From the NCBI RefSeq assembly GCF_006345805.1, contig NC_043022.1, forward strand, positions 13,206,001 to 13,270,000: DNA of 64,000 nucleotides. Direction: 5' to 3'. Under the pieces are notes generated by a model. That model was not told where the DNA came from. It saw only the letters and a list, made by a program, of their open reading frames with translations, and made no database searches. A program made the translations under genes and the position numbers. Of this stretch, positions 63,809 to 64,000 are shown in pieces. This stretch comes from Octopus sinensis. Taxonomy: Eukaryota. The number at the start of each line of letters is the position of its first letter. Within the stretch, counting starts at the first letter, position 1.

Positions 63809-64000
63809 GTGAGATAGGGGTTATGAGTGTAACCCACTATGGGATATGGTATTATTATCTTACATATTGATGTATATTGTTTTATCTTGTTGGATTTGGA
63901 TGTTCCTATTTATGTAGTTAATAAATAATATGAATTGGTAATATCTGTAAGTCGATGATTGAAAGGAATCTGTTCCTCTATTTTCTTATTCGTATATATA

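Overview
Eukaryotic, AT-rich, microsatellite- and SINE-dense genomic DNA. The repeat families and overall style point to a coleoid cephalopod (Octopus-like); that is an inference from repeat content, not a database result. The only confidently protein-coding piece is a 282-nt minus-strand exon (36168-36449, phase 2-2) encoding most of the N-terminal RRM of a split ends/SPEN (SHARP/MINT) orthologue. I found neither the MVRETRHLW-type start exon nor the RRM2-4 exons, so almost the whole window appears to be two very large spen introns. Candidate small minus-strand exons lie at 34584-34627, 31877/31848-31895 and 3776-3845. The introns hold several tRNA-derived SINE families, TTAA (piggyBac-type) and hAT MITEs, a non-autonomous Helitron, a CR1/L2-type LINE 3' fragment, Penelope-like fragments and many simple repeats. 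The most notable observations are: a structurally complete minimal hammerhead-ribozyme-like fold with a swapped G3:C8 core pair on the spen sense strand (17794-17843); a nested 55-bp/18-bp fold-back (9523-9723); inverted young SINE pairs that could form ADAR substrates and promote exon circularisation; and a set of frame-shifting or stop-containing small exons after the RRM1 exon. Nearly all other ORFs in the supplied track are microsatellite or repeat artefacts.
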